Source: Octopus bimaculoides (lineage: Eukaryota). Taken from it: a DNA stretch of 64,000 nt. Below the pieces are notes generated by a model. That model ran no database searches and was not told the origin of the DNA. It saw only the letters and a program-made list of their open reading frames with translations. Below, piece by piece: positions 37,991 to 52,206 of this stretch (within the stretch, counting starts at the first letter, position 1; the number at the start of each line of letters is the position of its first letter). A program made the translations under genes and the position numbers. The stretch lies in the NCBI RefSeq assembly GCF_001194135.2, contig NC_068982.1:163911489-163975488 (forward strand), read 5' to 3'.

Positions 37991-38499
37991 GCTTGTAGAT
38001 CCAACAGCAAAAGTGGAACTGTTCTGTTATTTGTGTTCAAAGGTTTGTAAATCTACAGCCAAACAGAAAATCCATTTTCGAAGTATGCACCAGGGTTGAG
38101 CAACTGCTGGTGTAATTCGTTAGAAAACTATATTCTATATCTGTAACAGAAAATTTAAAACAAAATCAGAGTTAGGTAGACACATGAGGATCCATGGCAG
38201 ACATGTTATCACAATTATTTCAGGCGTATTTGCAATGAGAATGTTTTTATACTGGAAATCAGGCTGACCACCATCTGGCCAACTTTAGGCTGTGTACGGG
38301 TTTTTCTATCTTTTACTTTTATATATATGAAAGAAAAAGAGATGATACAGGGAAAACTATGGTTATGTTATGAACTTCATTAGCTTACAATACATATATA
38401 CGTACATACATACGTACACACACAAGCGCCCGCGCACACACGCACACACACATACACTCACACATGTATGTACGTATGTATACACGTTATGTCAGGTCA

Positions 38500-39240
38500 C
38501 TGTTAATGATCCTGGTGACATGTAACCCAGTACAATCTGTTGCATTGTCGTGATACCGCCGACTAAGCCGGCAACCTTCGGGTGGATGAACTCTGTTGAG
38601 TCAACGGTAATTCAACAGCTAAAACCACCGACACTGAGGAGCTCCTAGCTGTTGTCACAGCATCCATCTAGGTGGTAAAAACCTTTGCTTCCAAGTGATT
38701 ACTTATTTTGCTTCGGCCTCTTACTAGATACTAGTGACGGAGACTCAAAGACTTGTGTTACACAAGCGTTTATCACTATAATCCTATGACATACAGATGT
38801 GCCTTTATGGTGACTTTATCTGTCGTTCCATCATGCCAGTGGAAGAATGGTGACATGCGCATGTCTAACCAGTTGAAAGTACACACAAATCACAATGCAG
38901 GCTGCGTGGGAGGGACCAAAGCCGATCGAGTGGTTGCAATGTTCAGCTGTCATCTATACTTCAAACCATGCGAAGGTGCAGCAGTACTTAACAGTCATCT
39001 GATGGGTTATAGGTGGTAAGTCACAAATACCATTGACAACGAAATATAAAGCAGCAATGATTAGGACAAATCTGTGTACAATTATATTTAGCAGGTTTGT
39101 GTACATTCAAACGTTGAAGGAATTTCGCTACAGATACTGCCTCGAGAGGGTAATTCATCCTTAAAGACGATGTGTGTGAAAACACACCATGCTGGGCTAC
39201 GAAAGACGTAATCGGACTGGGAAACACGCATTTGTGTGTC
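38500..39240 (+). mobile_element. Possible 5' end (UTR plus start of APE) of another RTE-like LINE
   Basis: GC-richer, hairpin-rich segment followed by weak APE-like remnants (AMIRTNLC...; LPREGNSSLKT). Similarity is weak. Confidence 0.28.
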
Positions 39241-39655
39241 ATTTTGTTTCATTAGCTACAGACACAGAATCCGTCATTCATCGCTCAATAGAAACTGTGG
39301 TTACAACTTTTGTACAATTGGATTCAAATGGTTGCTGTTACGTTTGAGAAACTTTAAGTTAAGAACAACAAAAGAAAAAAAAACTGACAGGCATGGAATT
39401 CCAAAAGTTTGAGATGTAGGAGTTGGAATAGTAGTTAGTGCCGGATCTATGAAGCAGATAATGTGGCTGACGGAAGGAAGAGAGACTAGTGAGTGGGGAT
39501 ACTTGAGTAGAGGTGAAATGAGATTAGTTAGCACTGGGGGTCAAAGACCACTGTTACCAAAGACCACTGTAACTGCTGTAGAAAAAAGTTAGGCGTTAGA
39601 ACGACTGTGGGAGAGATGTTGGCTGGTGTGGCTTGATATGCCACACTATGTCAAT

Positions 39656-39702
<47 letters not shown>

Positions 39703-40992
39703 TGTACGATTCTAGATGTGAAAGCAATATTTCTTTGTGGTTCTCACTTGTACTTTATAGAGATTTAGAAAGCTTTTAGGGGTGAAGTACCTTTTGATTA
39801 TAAAGAAAAACGTCGGCTTTTGGGAGGCAGTTGTGAACGCGAGATCATCAGCAGAGATCATTGCCATTAATAATTGTGAGGTCTGCATTTGTAGACTTTG
39901 AAGAATTAAAAGGAAAGTCGAGCTCGGGGATTTAAAACCCCAAAATTTAAAGACACACCTAAATACTGCATAATCTAATATTTTCAGTTTTAACTGTTAT
40001 ACTAAAGTAGCACAAGACCTAATTTTGAAGAGGAAGATTAATATTGATTAACATAATACTTGTGTTAAACCTGAGCAACAAACAGCAAAATCAGTCTCAG
40101 TCTTCTTTGAACTCAAAATGTTAAGAAACAAAGAAAGAAAGAGGCAAAAACTTTAATCGTTACTGTGAAATTCTCTGTCGATTCATCACCCTTCAACTAA
40201 ATATATTTTAAAAGTTACGTATTTTTATTACTATTCTTCTTGAGTGAAAGAACTAAAATGATGAATTGGGCAATGCAAAAATAACTATAAGATACCAATA
40301 AAAATATTGATGGAACAAATTTACATTTGTTTTACAATTTTTCAAAATTTACAACTTTTACAAAATTAAAATTCTCACTTTAGTTTTAAATGAAAGAAAG
40401 AAAATAATTATGGAAAAATGTCACATTTGACTGTATTACATTCTAAATGATAAAAGCTTCATTTCTATTTCCACCGATTCCTAGTGGCGCCATTCTTTAT
40501 TAAGAAATATTTTGTTTCTGACATCATCGAGCTATTGATCTTTGTTATGAAATTCTAAATTCTTTTCAAACACTGCAATGCCTGATGTATGTATATACAC
40601 ACACACACGCGCATGCACACACACGCGCGCACGCACGCGCGCACACACACACACACACGCACACACACACACACACACACACACGAACACACATACACAT
40701 ACACACACGTGCGCACACATACACATACGTCGTGTGTGTGTATGTATGTATGTATTATGTACCTAAGTATGTATATATGTAATTCTGCATGTATGTATGT
40801 GTATGTATGTATATACATATATATATGTATGTATATGAGAAATTATAATAGACACAAGTGTATACCAATAGTTCCCTGTCTATATTTCACTGCGCTCTAG
40901 TTGCTTAGAGTCACACGAGTGGATACATCAAGTGTAAAAAGGATGCTTAACCACAACTGATACTCACGGAAACATTTCATCGAATTATCTTA

Positions 40993-41380
40993 GGCGCAGG
41001 AGTGGCTGTGTGGTAAGTAGCTTGCTTACCAACCACACAGCTCCGGGTTCATTCCCACTGCGTGGCACCTTAGGCAAATGTTTTCTACTATAACCTCGAG
41101 CCGACCAAAGCCTTGTGAATGGATTTGGTAGACGGAAACTGAAAGAAGCCCGTCGTATATATGTATATATTTATTCTATCGGTTCTCTTTTGCCGAACCG
41201 CTAAGTTACGGGGATGTAAACACACCACCATCGTTTGTCAAGCGATGTTGGGGGGACAAACACAGACACACAAACACATACACACACATACACACATATA
41301 TACGTATATACGACGGGCTTCTTTCAGTTTCCGTCTACCAAATCCATTCACAAGGCTTTGGTCGGCCCGAGGCTATAGTA
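40993..41380 (+). mobile_element. SINE family B with an inverted internal segment (fold-back)
   Basis: Plus-strand 5' part 40993-41160, followed by a minus-strand middle segment; arms 41086-41160 and 41306-41380 are reverse complements with few mismatches. Confidence 0.9.
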
Positions 41381-41469
41381 AACGATCTCTTCTTCTCTCC
41401 AACTAGATCTTGATATTTTTAAAAATTATCTCAGTTTCGACTTTTATGATGTTTATATGAATGTAGCAA

Positions 41470-41790
41470 TGTAAACAATTCTAGCGACATGTTTGGAAAA
41501 CAACTGGGACAGCAACAACACTCAAATACACGTGCTTTTCCCGAAGTGAGAATATTGTAATTATCATTAATAACAATGGAAGAAATTTTGTCAACATCAT
41601 TACCGACAAGTAGGTGTTGGACATGGAAAGAATTCACTCGGAGCTGGAAGCGTGGTAGCTGTGTGTCAGGAAATGCCGTGTCTCCTTGGCTATGGAATTT
41701 ATCAAAGATAATGGAAAGAAATGTGAAAAGTGATATACCCACCCATCAAAATTGGAAAGCTTTCAATATGCTTTTAAATAGATAATTTCA
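41470..41790 (+). mobile_element. Possible highly decayed Tc1-like transposase fragment
   Basis: RHVWKTTGTA...CFSRS...LAMEFIKDNGKKCEK*YTHPSKL loosely resembles the Tc1 catalytic domain; several stops. Confidence 0.3.
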
Positions 41791-42674
41791 AGAAGTCATG
41801 TCCGGTGAGTGCGGAATTATATACCTGTTCTGTTTCAAATAACTTTTCAATGGACAACTAAGGATAACTCCCAGAAATCTCTTGCCTGTTAGTGCTACTC
41901 GAAATTATTACAAGTTCGAGATAAATTGTACTGGTAGAAAAATGCTGTCATCTAGGTCTGTCTGAAATGTGAGCAGAACGGTGAAGTACTTCTGCATTCG
42001 TTCATTGTCAAAGCATTGAATTGTAGGGTTTTATCGAACAACTGTCGCGTGTAGAAAGAATAGATGCAGCTGTCAGCTGAGTTCATCTTGAAGATCACAC
42101 CGCCTCCTTTGCTGGTAAGGGCAGGCAGTTTTCCTGTGTGATGCACATGACTGAAAAGGCTAAGAGCGAAGGCTTTCCTATTCGACCAAGCCTTCATCGA
42201 CGTTTTCAAGTTTCACTTCGAGGAGAAAAGCATTGAAAAGCGGGTGATAATATGCCGCCTCTCAAGCATGAACGTTTAAGCCAAGAGAAAGAAGGCATAT
42301 ATTCTTGGTTGTCAGAGTATAATGGATTTGTGAGGCTACTTCATTGGGTTTTGGTAGACACCCGCTTTTCTGGGGACTGAATCGCCTTTTCATACCAGGT
42401 ATATTAAAGCTTTCAATTATCTCTATACTAACGTAAGCTATCACACTTTCTGTAACCTGTTTCTGCAGTAGTAAAGAAAATATTGTAATAGGCACGCGAA
42501 AGCAGTGTTGTGAATAAATAAGCATTTTGACCAGTTCAAATGTTTGGAACATATTTGACCTGTACAAAGGCCATATTCACTGCTATTAGCCGTTAGGAAT
42601 ACTTCTCGCTTTAGACATATTATTATTATTAATATCATGATTTTGATGATGGTGATCATCATCAGCAGCAGTAG

Positions 42675-42743
<69 letters not shown>

Positions 42744-43425
42744 CCTTATGGCTGTCGTTTGTAGCTGCTGGTGTTTGTTGCTAGTTCTTTGATTGGCAAT
42801 TCGTTTTTGTTTAATGCTAAATTTAGGCCAAAGCAAGATTAACAGTAAAAGACTTTAAAATACACCAAAGAAAATGTCACATAGATTTTATTTCTGTTAC
42901 TTCACGTAATTATAGAATCATTATCGTTTGTTCAATGTCTGCAGTAGATGTCTAACACCGAAAGTGGTGGCGTCAGAGGGGACATCCCTATGGTTGTGTT
43001 AAGTACGTGTGTGATGAGTCTCTGTGAGTATACATGGGGATGCACACACACATAAATATATATGCATATATACAGATACACTTATAAATGCACAGAGAAA
43101 ATCTCACACATATATAATATTCTGAATTTATCTCTGTGTGTCTAATGAAATTATAAGATTAAGTGTTTATAAAAGCAAAAGAGCCAATATAAAAATATAT
43201 TACTATATATGTATATGAATATGTATGTATGTCGGTTTCTGTATGCATATAATACATACACACACACACACGCACGCACGCACACACACATGCACACACT
43301 CACACACATATTAGGGAAAGTGAAGTGAAAGGAAAGTGAGATAGCGAGAGAGGGATTGAGGAAGATTTTGAGCTAACTTCAAATTGAAGGCTGCGTAGCT
43401 TTGATAAACATGTAAGTGCGGCGTT

Positions 43426-43470
<45 letters not shown>

Positions 43471-44278
43471 ACATTATATATCTATACATACACATACACC
43501 CTCATACAATTTAATTTCTAAAATGTACACACGAACGTGGTCACGTCTACATATATTTCTGTGTCAATATATGTGTAGATGTGAATTTTGTTAAAGTATC
43601 TTTGTATTACAGAAAGACGTTCAGTAAAATATGGCTTTTGATTCATGCTGTACAGAATAAGAAAATAAACTTCTATAGAATTCTTTCTAAGACGCTGTTG
43701 CAATCTGCAATGAAAGCCTTTGCATCCAATTATGGTGTAAACACCTTTGATTATGGCTTTATCTTTACAATGCTTCCCAACCCTTTAAAGCCCTACGCTA
43801 TATAAGGCAGTTGCGAGATTTAATGTGAAGTAGAGTATAATGAATTAAATATTTCTGAATGCTTGGCTTCTGAGTAACAATGAAACTGAATACGAGAAAC
43901 AATAACGAAAGCATGTGTATGAGTATGCCTTTGTTGACTTGGTTGCTGCGTTTTGTTGGTTTTGTTTGGGGTGAACACACTCCCTCAAAACAGTTATCGA
44001 TGTATCGATGCCTTCGCTTTTCACCTCCTCATACTAAGTTGTTTTAAGGATGGTTTAGGTTGTTATTTCTATAGGCTCAGTTGAGCAATTGCATAGAATT
44101 TCCCTCGCTGACTTGTGTGTGCTTTTTATTAGTCATGGCATTGACACTATAGTTGCTGTCATTTGTTTTTGTTTCTGTTTGCGCCTAATCGTTCTGTTCT
44201 TTCTCCCTCCTTTGATTAATTCGTACATGATTTGTTTTTTTATTTTGAAGTTGATTGTTGTTATTAATTAATATTGCT

Positions 44279-44478
44279 AAGGCGGTGAACTGGCTGAATC
44301 GTTAACACGCCGGAGAAAATGCTTAGCGGCGTTTCGTCTGTCTTTACGTTCTGAGTTCAAATTCCGCCGAGGTCAACTTTGCTTTTTAGCCTTTCAGAGT
44401 CGATGAAATAAATACTAGTTAAATATGGGATTTATGAAATAGACTAACTCCCTCCACCAAACTTTGAAACCTATAATA
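44279..44478 (+). mobile_element. SINE family A
   Basis: aaggcggtgaactggctgaatcgttaacacgcc...gagttcaaattccgccgagg. Confidence 0.9.
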
Positions 44479-44820
44479 AAAAAGGATGAGAACTATTTGT
44501 TTGCCGATTAGCCGTTTCTTGTTTCACGAAGCGTAGTAATTGCCTTGCCAGAGACTCCACTATCTCTGTTGTAAGGAACTCGTCCTCCACCAACTGTCAC
44601 TAGTGTCTTTGACATTATGTTAATGCTCGGAAAATGTTGACATATTCAGTCAGATGCCTAATTAAAACGAGTATATCTCTCTCAAATAGCAAAGATGGTT
44701 GATACATTGGCTCCTCTCAGTTCCCAATAAAATTCAGAATAAAAGCACGCCGTTCTTAACTTCTGTTGGTTAAATATGAATGAAACTTCTAGTACAAGTC
44801 AGCATTTAATAATGATAATT

Positions 44821-45026
44821 GTTCCTAATATAGGCACAAGGTCAGAAATTTGGGATGGGATGAAGCTGGTTGACTAAATAGAGACTAGTATTTCATTGGT
44901 ACTTCACTTTAACGACCTCGGAAGCCTGAAATTTAAAGTTAACCTCGGCATGATTTGTACTCTTAATGTAGAAAGCCAGGAGAAACACCACTAGGCATTT
45001 TGTCTGTCATTCTAACGATATCGCCA
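44821..45026 (-). mobile_element. SINE family A (diverged)
   Basis: Reverse complement aligns along the whole family consensus. Confidence 0.8.
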
Positions 45027-47361
45027 TTGATTTCCTTAGCTTTATTTTTACCTTGTCCTTTTAGAATTGTTGCACAAACTATGCAATAAATACCAGTAAT
45101 ATACAGTAAACTTCACTGAAAAGCCTACGAGCCAGCTTCTAGGTAAGTTCATCCATGATATAAAATTAGCAGCCAGATCTCCCTAACACAATACACTATA
45201 CTATCTAAAAGAACGAATATAGATGAAGTGCTACCAGCTGGAAAGTCAGTGAGTACAGATTCAAACTGGTGCTAAGCAATAACAACAGCGACACCTGGAA
45301 CTGACAATTTAAACTAATTGTTGCTTCTTTGTATCAAATTAGATACGGATTAAATACGGTGTAGTCTATCTCGATCGGACTAAAAGACTAAAAAAACGAA
45401 TCTTTAGCCCGGCGTTCTAACTTTTCTTCCGATTGCCATTCCTCGACAGATATCGAAATAACTCTTTGAGAATGATAACAAATAAAACAAACATAAAAAA
45501 ACAGATTACTTTGTGTCGCAACATTACAGATGATGCTTTAAATTAATTGTTTTCTATAGATTCTTTCTCAAGAAAGAATTTATAGGACTATTTTTGTTAA
45601 TTAGATATTTAAATGATTTTCTATTCATGATAGAGAAAAAAAACTTTCTTCTCATTGACTTCCATTTTGAAAGTTAATAGAGAATGATTATTTTCTTTAA
45701 AAAATCGCTTCCTATATAGTGTGAAACATTGCCTTTAGCACAATCATAATGATACATTTTAAGTATGTAATGTGTGTGTGTGCATTTATGTTTATGTGCA
45801 TGTATGTACGTGTTGTATGTATGTGCGCGTATTTACTCGCATAAATTGTTATGTGTAAACATGAAGAGCAACAATGAGATAGAAAGAGCTTTTTTATGTA
45901 TACTGTAACCGTACGCACATATGATACACACGCGCACAAATATACATATGTATAATCTGAAATATGGATATTGATATATACGTACACAGTTATGTGCAAC
46001 TTAACGTAAACGTTTCTTTACACTGGTGTCGGCGTACATGCATTTACACATATACATGTGCATATGCACGCAAGCACGTAGATGGCCAAGTGGAGCTTTC
46101 AGTACAGAATAGTTATTCGATTTGAAATATTTATTGATGATTGTAAATACACATTTGGAAAGTACCGTAGCGTATTATGCAAGCTAATGTCGATTTTAAT
46201 CCCTTAGTAGCTATTTCACTTTACGTAAGGCATTGCTATAAGTCTACTTATATAACTGAAGCAGGTGGGAAAGGCATAACGAAGCACAAATTCAATTTTG
46301 CTTTTCCTTGAAATGTCTCCGGAGTCATGTCCCCTTGGAGAAGGCAAAAGATAACTCACGCAAATACTCTCACAGTAACATTTCATGTTATGTAGGGAAA
46401 CAAACGCAGTTTTTTTCTCATTTCTATATAAATATCCTACATTCACAAGTAATTACACATGTGTACGATATATACAAAGACTGAGAAATAAAAGTAAATG
46501 AATGGAGCTGGTGGAAAAAATATAGTGTTTTTGTTGCTACACATAGAAACAACCGAGATTGATTTTTCTTAAAAGCTGATTGTCTGATTGGTAGGGATTT
46601 TAACCAACACACTAAAAGCATGGACTCAAAAATACTCTGCTCCATTATTCTAATGTCTTAAACTGAGGAACTGTCTTCCAACTACTCGAACTCGCCCAGT
46701 ACATTAATCTTTCTTCCTCTAGTCGTCCTTATCGTATATTACGCACTTACTCATCCCTAAACAGTATCCAAAATCATTTCTACTCGAAGCTACTGCACTC
46801 TGGAACGTTTCCTTTCCTACGAAAGTAGAACTACAGATGTTCAATCGAAATACTGATCTCAGAAGACTGGGATAAACTACAAATCTTCTGCCTGAGTATT
46901 AACAAATTAATAAAACTGACAAATATAAAAATACACTCGAATTTCATGTTGTTCATTCCCATCAGTTTTGGACTGAAAAGCACATGCACGTATCTTTCTC
47001 ATTTCTCTGTGACTGTCAAGAAACAGAAACCAAATCAATATAATATCGCTCTTCCAATAAAGTGAACTATGAAGAAGAATTTCAAAGATAACCTATAAAT
47101 AGACTGGTCTATAAGTGAAACTACCATATCTTATATTATTGGATCAAAGTTATGCTTTCATTGTCTCGTGCAGTATTATCTTATAGATACTTTCAAATAA
47201 AAAAAAAAGAAGAAATTTCTTTGTACTTATTTCCAAAGTGCTTTGATTTGAGATTGCGTGTCAAAACTTAGACAATTATATCATTATAAATTCATTAGAA
47301 GCGTTAAAACAGACGCATATACTATGATACTATAGTCAGTTTTATTAAATATATTTTATAA

Positions 47362-47577
47362 TTCTTTTCTACTAAAGGCACAAAGCCTGAGATTTGGGGA
47401 GTGGGGACTAATCTATTACATCGATCTCAGTGTTTCACTGGTACTAAATTGATCAACCCCCAAAAAATGAAAAGCAAGGTCAACCTCGGTGGAATATGAA
47501 ATCAGAACATAGAGACGGGCAAAATGCCACTAAGCATTTTGTTCCGCAAGCTAACTGTCCTGTCAGCTAGCCGCTTT
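47362..47577 (-). mobile_element. SINE family A
   Basis: Full minus-strand copy with the 'agtagaaaaga' tail. Confidence 0.88.
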
Positions 47578-47904
47578 AATCTTTTTAATATTATATACTT
47601 TAGGTAGGGAAGCGTTCGACATAAATCTATGACCAGGGCATTCCACTCTGCTCTACTTTCCTATCAAATACAGTCAATTTTTAGCCACGCCATAGATATT
47701 GTAGATATACTGGATTTATTTTATATTCTTTTACTTTCATCTCTCTTTAGTTTGCTACCGTGCTAGAGTACCGAGTTCAAAGTTTTGAGACGATCATATC
47801 AAACTCAATACTTCTTTCAATCTACTGCGTATTGTATCGAAACCTATTTATCTAATCCTTGTTTTGCCTAAAGGAGCAAGAACTCGAAGCTTTTTTTACA
47901 TAAG

Positions 47905-48009
<105 letters not shown>

Positions 48010-48013
48010 GCAC

Positions 48014-48108
48014 AAAATACCAGTCAAGTACTGGTGTCGATATTATACGTAATAGACACGTTCTTCCCTTTAAAATATTTCTGTATTTGTGCCAAAATTT
48101 GAAATCAT
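48014..48108 (+). mobile_element. SINE family A, 3' half only
   Basis: taccagtcaagtactggtgtcgat...tttgtgccaaaatttgaaatc immediately after a (CA)n tract. Confidence 0.7.
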
Positions 48109-49818
48109 TACTATTAATATTAGAGAATAGAAATAAAGTAATAGTCATTATCAGAGTATTAGAGAATGGCAACTCTGAAATGAACATCAATCAAGGTGAA
48201 TTTCAGTGTAATTATGGCACTAACAATAAAAGCAGCAACATCAGGTGAATGAACAAATAACAGCGCTAAGGCTACAACACTTACCAGAAGCACATCGTAA
48301 AGAAAACTAAGATTAGTAGTGAAGAAACACCCCCTCACACAAGCACACACACACACATACACACATCACAAACACGCACATACGTCACAAACAAAACATA
48401 CTCACATACACATATACACACATGTATACATGCACAAGTACTCTTTACTTGCTTATGACTGCCTGACGAATCCAACGATAACCATCTCCTTCATTTGTAT
48501 ATGCTTTGTTAAATGTACATACCAATCCTTCAAGTACATGTCCCTCAAAAATTGAACGTGTAAATGTCTAGTGTCATTTCCTATAATGTGGCAGTGCTGA
48601 TTACATAACATCCCTCTCTTTTAGATCTCCATTCAACCGTGAGACTGCCACAGTCTGGGGCAAATAGTGTCTTCCACTTCAAAGTAATCATTAATTATAC
48701 TTAAATCAAGCCCTCTGACTAGGCGTTGAACATGGTGTAGAGGATTCTGTAGGGGAGACGCACATTCAGATATACATACACACCTATCTATCAATATACG
48801 TATTTATGAAACTCGATAAAACATAAATCACAGCTGCGCTTTATATTACTAATTCTCGAGTAATAATAATAATAGGTCTGAAATATAACTTCTTATATTT
48901 ATATACGAAATATTACACTATTGAATGTAATATGTACGTATGCACAAGATGAAAAAGAAAGAAATCCGTTTGATTCGCTTGAAGTTTCTTGCTCAATAAT
49001 ACAAGGACCAAGGACTATCATTAGTCATTTTTAAATGATTAAAAGAAATATTTCTTACAAAGAAACGTATGTTAACTGAAAACTAGTATTTAAGATGGAA
49101 CCTTAGGGAACAATTTATTCAGTTGTTCAGAAATGCAAAGATTATAACCTGTATTATGTAGAATTAAAAGTTCGGTAAACTCTAGTATATTCCAAATTAT
49201 TTTATGGTTTCAAATACTCTGTGTATTGATATTCAATATATTCAGATGAACTTATTATTCATACAACTAATTTACATTAAAAAATCATTGTATTTTTGCA
49301 CTTCATTAAAATACATAGCCATTCTGTTGAAAGAGTATGCATTATATGAAACACTAGAAAAATCTAAATTAATATTTCCACTAAATATTTATAATTTCAG
49401 ATGGATGAATAAAATCTATATTTATGTACTGTAAGTTGTTTTTGTTTCTGAAATGCATATTACTTTCTGAAATGAATGATGTTTAGCTGGTTTCTAAGTT
49501 TGAAGTAATGTCTGAATAATTAACTTTGTGTAAGGCAATATTAATAATAACCTCAGGTATAAATCTTAAAAAAGTAACTTAATGAGATATTTTGAAACTA
49601 TATGACTGTTGAATATTACGAGAAATAATATACTCCACATCCCGAAAAGAACTCTACTGTAAAATATCGAATTTATTACGTAATAAAAGTAAATTATAAA
49701 AATCTCATAAACTCACAAATATCAGCTGAATCTACACGATCTAAACGATAGTGAAGAATTAGAAAAAGAAAACAATAATTTGGCATGTGTTATTATTTTA
49801 ATTTTATAATCACAGTTG

Positions 49819-50020
49819 AAGGCGGTGAGCTGGCAGAATCGTTAGCACACCGGGCAAAATGCTTGGCGGCATTTCGTCTGTCCTTACATTCTGGGGTCAA
49901 TTTTGCTATTCATCCCCTTCGGGGTCGATAAAATAAGTATTAGTTGTGCAACAGGATCGATGTAAATGACTTACCCCTTCCCCCAAATTGCTGGCCTTGT
50001 GCCAAAATGTGAAGCCAATA
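49819..50020 (+). mobile_element. SINE family A
   Basis: Full copy with the 'gccttgtgccaaaatgtgaagcc' tail. Confidence 0.9.
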
Positions 50021-50443
50021 TAATAATCGCTGTTTCACGCATCACGTTTAGCGAAAGCCAGTGTCTTTTCGATCAGGTTAGTTATAAAAGAGTTCATTAA
50101 AGAATATCTAACTGATGGATTTTATAATTATGCTTATTCTTAAGGTTATTAAAGTAGAGTCAATAAAGGAAAATCAATTGTTTATTCATTTGTCAGGTTT
50201 ATCGTAATATGTTATTATTAACTATATCTAATGCGCCTTTGATATGGTCTATTTCCAACTAGTTTATTTCTAAAGAAGTAGCTTTTTGTTTAAGCGTGAT
50301 ATATTTTCTAAATGTTGTTACGCAAAACGTGTTATAAATAATATTTTAAAAAGTGAAAACATATTATGAAGTGTTAACACTTAGAACTATACTGAAGTTA
50401 TATGCGTGTCTTGTATACATACATACATACATACATACATACA

Positions 50444-50476
<33 letters not shown>

Positions 50477-50659
50477 GTATATGTATATATACATACATGC
50501 AAACGTACACATATACATATATATATATGTACAGACACACACATATATATAGACATATATATACATACATATATATATATACATACATGTATGTATGCAT
50601 GCATATGTGTGTGTGTGTGCGAGCACGCACGCACGCACACACACACACACACATGTATA

Positions 50660-51212
50660 CGAAGGGCGGTCCAGAAGTTTTGAGAATCTTTTAGGAGAGC
50701 CAGTTATAAATGTCCTAGACTTTTGCAAGTTTAGTGTATCATTATTCTACATCTAATAAGGTGATCTGTCAATACTTTCTTTTAAAATTCCAGATCAAAG
50801 GGGACGGATGTAACAACACTTTGAATACGCCCTGCTAAACACTGCTTGTCACAATTCCATACACGTAACCATCTACTTGACAGAGCTGAGCATCAAAACT
50901 ATCCTCCACCCTCCCCTACTATCCAGACATTGGTACCTATGACTTTTGGTTGTTACCTAAACTGAAAGAGAACCTCAAAGGCAGTCATTTTGAAGATATG
51001 GAGAAGCTGGAGGCAGTGACAAGAGTCCTGGACACTTTCACTTTGGAGAGCTTCCATGGGGCCTTCGCGAAGTGGCTGAAGTGCTGCAGTAAGTGCGTTG
51101 AAGTCAGAGGGTCCTATTTTGAAGAAGATTAGAGTTTTGTACTTTTCTGAAATTAGTAAAATTAATAAATGCCACTTCTGAAAAATGTGTCAAAACTTCT
51201 GAATACACTTCG
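50660..51212 (+). mobile_element. mariner (DD34D-type) internal-deletion derivative
   Basis: TA followed by cgaagggcggtccagaagttttga and the inverted tcaaaacttctgaatacacttcg. C-terminal remnant YYPDIGTYDFWLLPKLKENLKGSHFED...KCVEVRGSYFEED* resembles the YSPDLAPxDF motif region. Confidence 0.88.
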
Positions 51213-51992
51213 CATGTATATATATATATATATATATATNNNNNNNNNNNNNNNNNNNNNNNNNNNNNNNNNNNNNNNNNNNNNNNNNNNNNNNNNNNNN
51301 NNNNNNNNNNNNNNNNNNNNNNNNNNNNNNNNNNNNNNNNNNNNNNNNNNNNNNNNNNNNNNNNNNNNNNNNNNNNNNNNNNNNNNNNNNNNNNNNNNNN
51401 ATATGAATGGGTGAATGTGGTTTTTATATCTACACAGCTTAGAATTGGCATTGTGTTCTATGTATTCTATGCTGTGTCAGCTTTATACTTAGTAACATAA
51501 ATTTCGACAAACAGATATGAATAAAAGTCCAGACTGAGATTATTAGTGGAATCGATATGGTCGACTAACCCCTTAAGCAAAGCTGCAGTGCGATGCAATC
51601 ATTAGAAGAGAAGTAAAACAATATTATACGAATATAAACACGAATGTTAAATTAAATTTTAGTTGTTGATAGATTTTTTTCTACAAAAATACCAAATAAT
51701 GATAAAAATCTTTGACTGCTCTTCAAATTTAAATATTTCTCTTTGTGCAATTGACCGTAAAATGTCGTTTAAATTATTTATGTCTTTCGAATTTTATCTT
51801 TTATTGCCCGAAATATTCACAGCTAATGATTCAGTTTCTAATGTTATGTATGTTTGGCTGGAAATTCTTTTAAGATATAATAAACATAAATATACTGCTA
51901 GAAATATTGAAAGATGTTCTCATACAACAATATTTAAACACATTTGTATATTAAAACACAATATCAGAAATAGTGAAAGCATTTGGAATATA

Positions 51993-52206
51993 CTTTTCTA
52001 CTCTAGGCACAAGGCCCGAAATTTTTGAGGATTGGGCCAGTCGATTACACCAACCCCAGTATGCAACTAGTACTTAATTTATCAACCCCGAAAGGATGGA
52101 TGGAAAAGTCGACCTCGGCGGAATTTGAACTCAGAACGTAAAGACAGACGAAATACTGCTAAGCATTTCGCCCGGCGTGCTAACGATTCTGCCAATTCGC
52201 CGCCTT
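51993..52206 (-). mobile_element. SINE family A with a perfect 16-bp TSD
   Basis: aagcatttggaatata at 51977-51992 and 52207-52222; copy is close to consensus. Confidence 0.96.

Noticed and set aside
5748-39572. Small tandem repeats (14-bp at about 5748 and 23156, 27-bp at 37023, 16-bp at about 39542)
   Set aside because: Ordinary slippage products with no further structure.
44500-44760. Possible Tc1 N-terminal remnant on the minus strand
   Set aside because: Similarity is too weak to support by eye, and no TIR was found.
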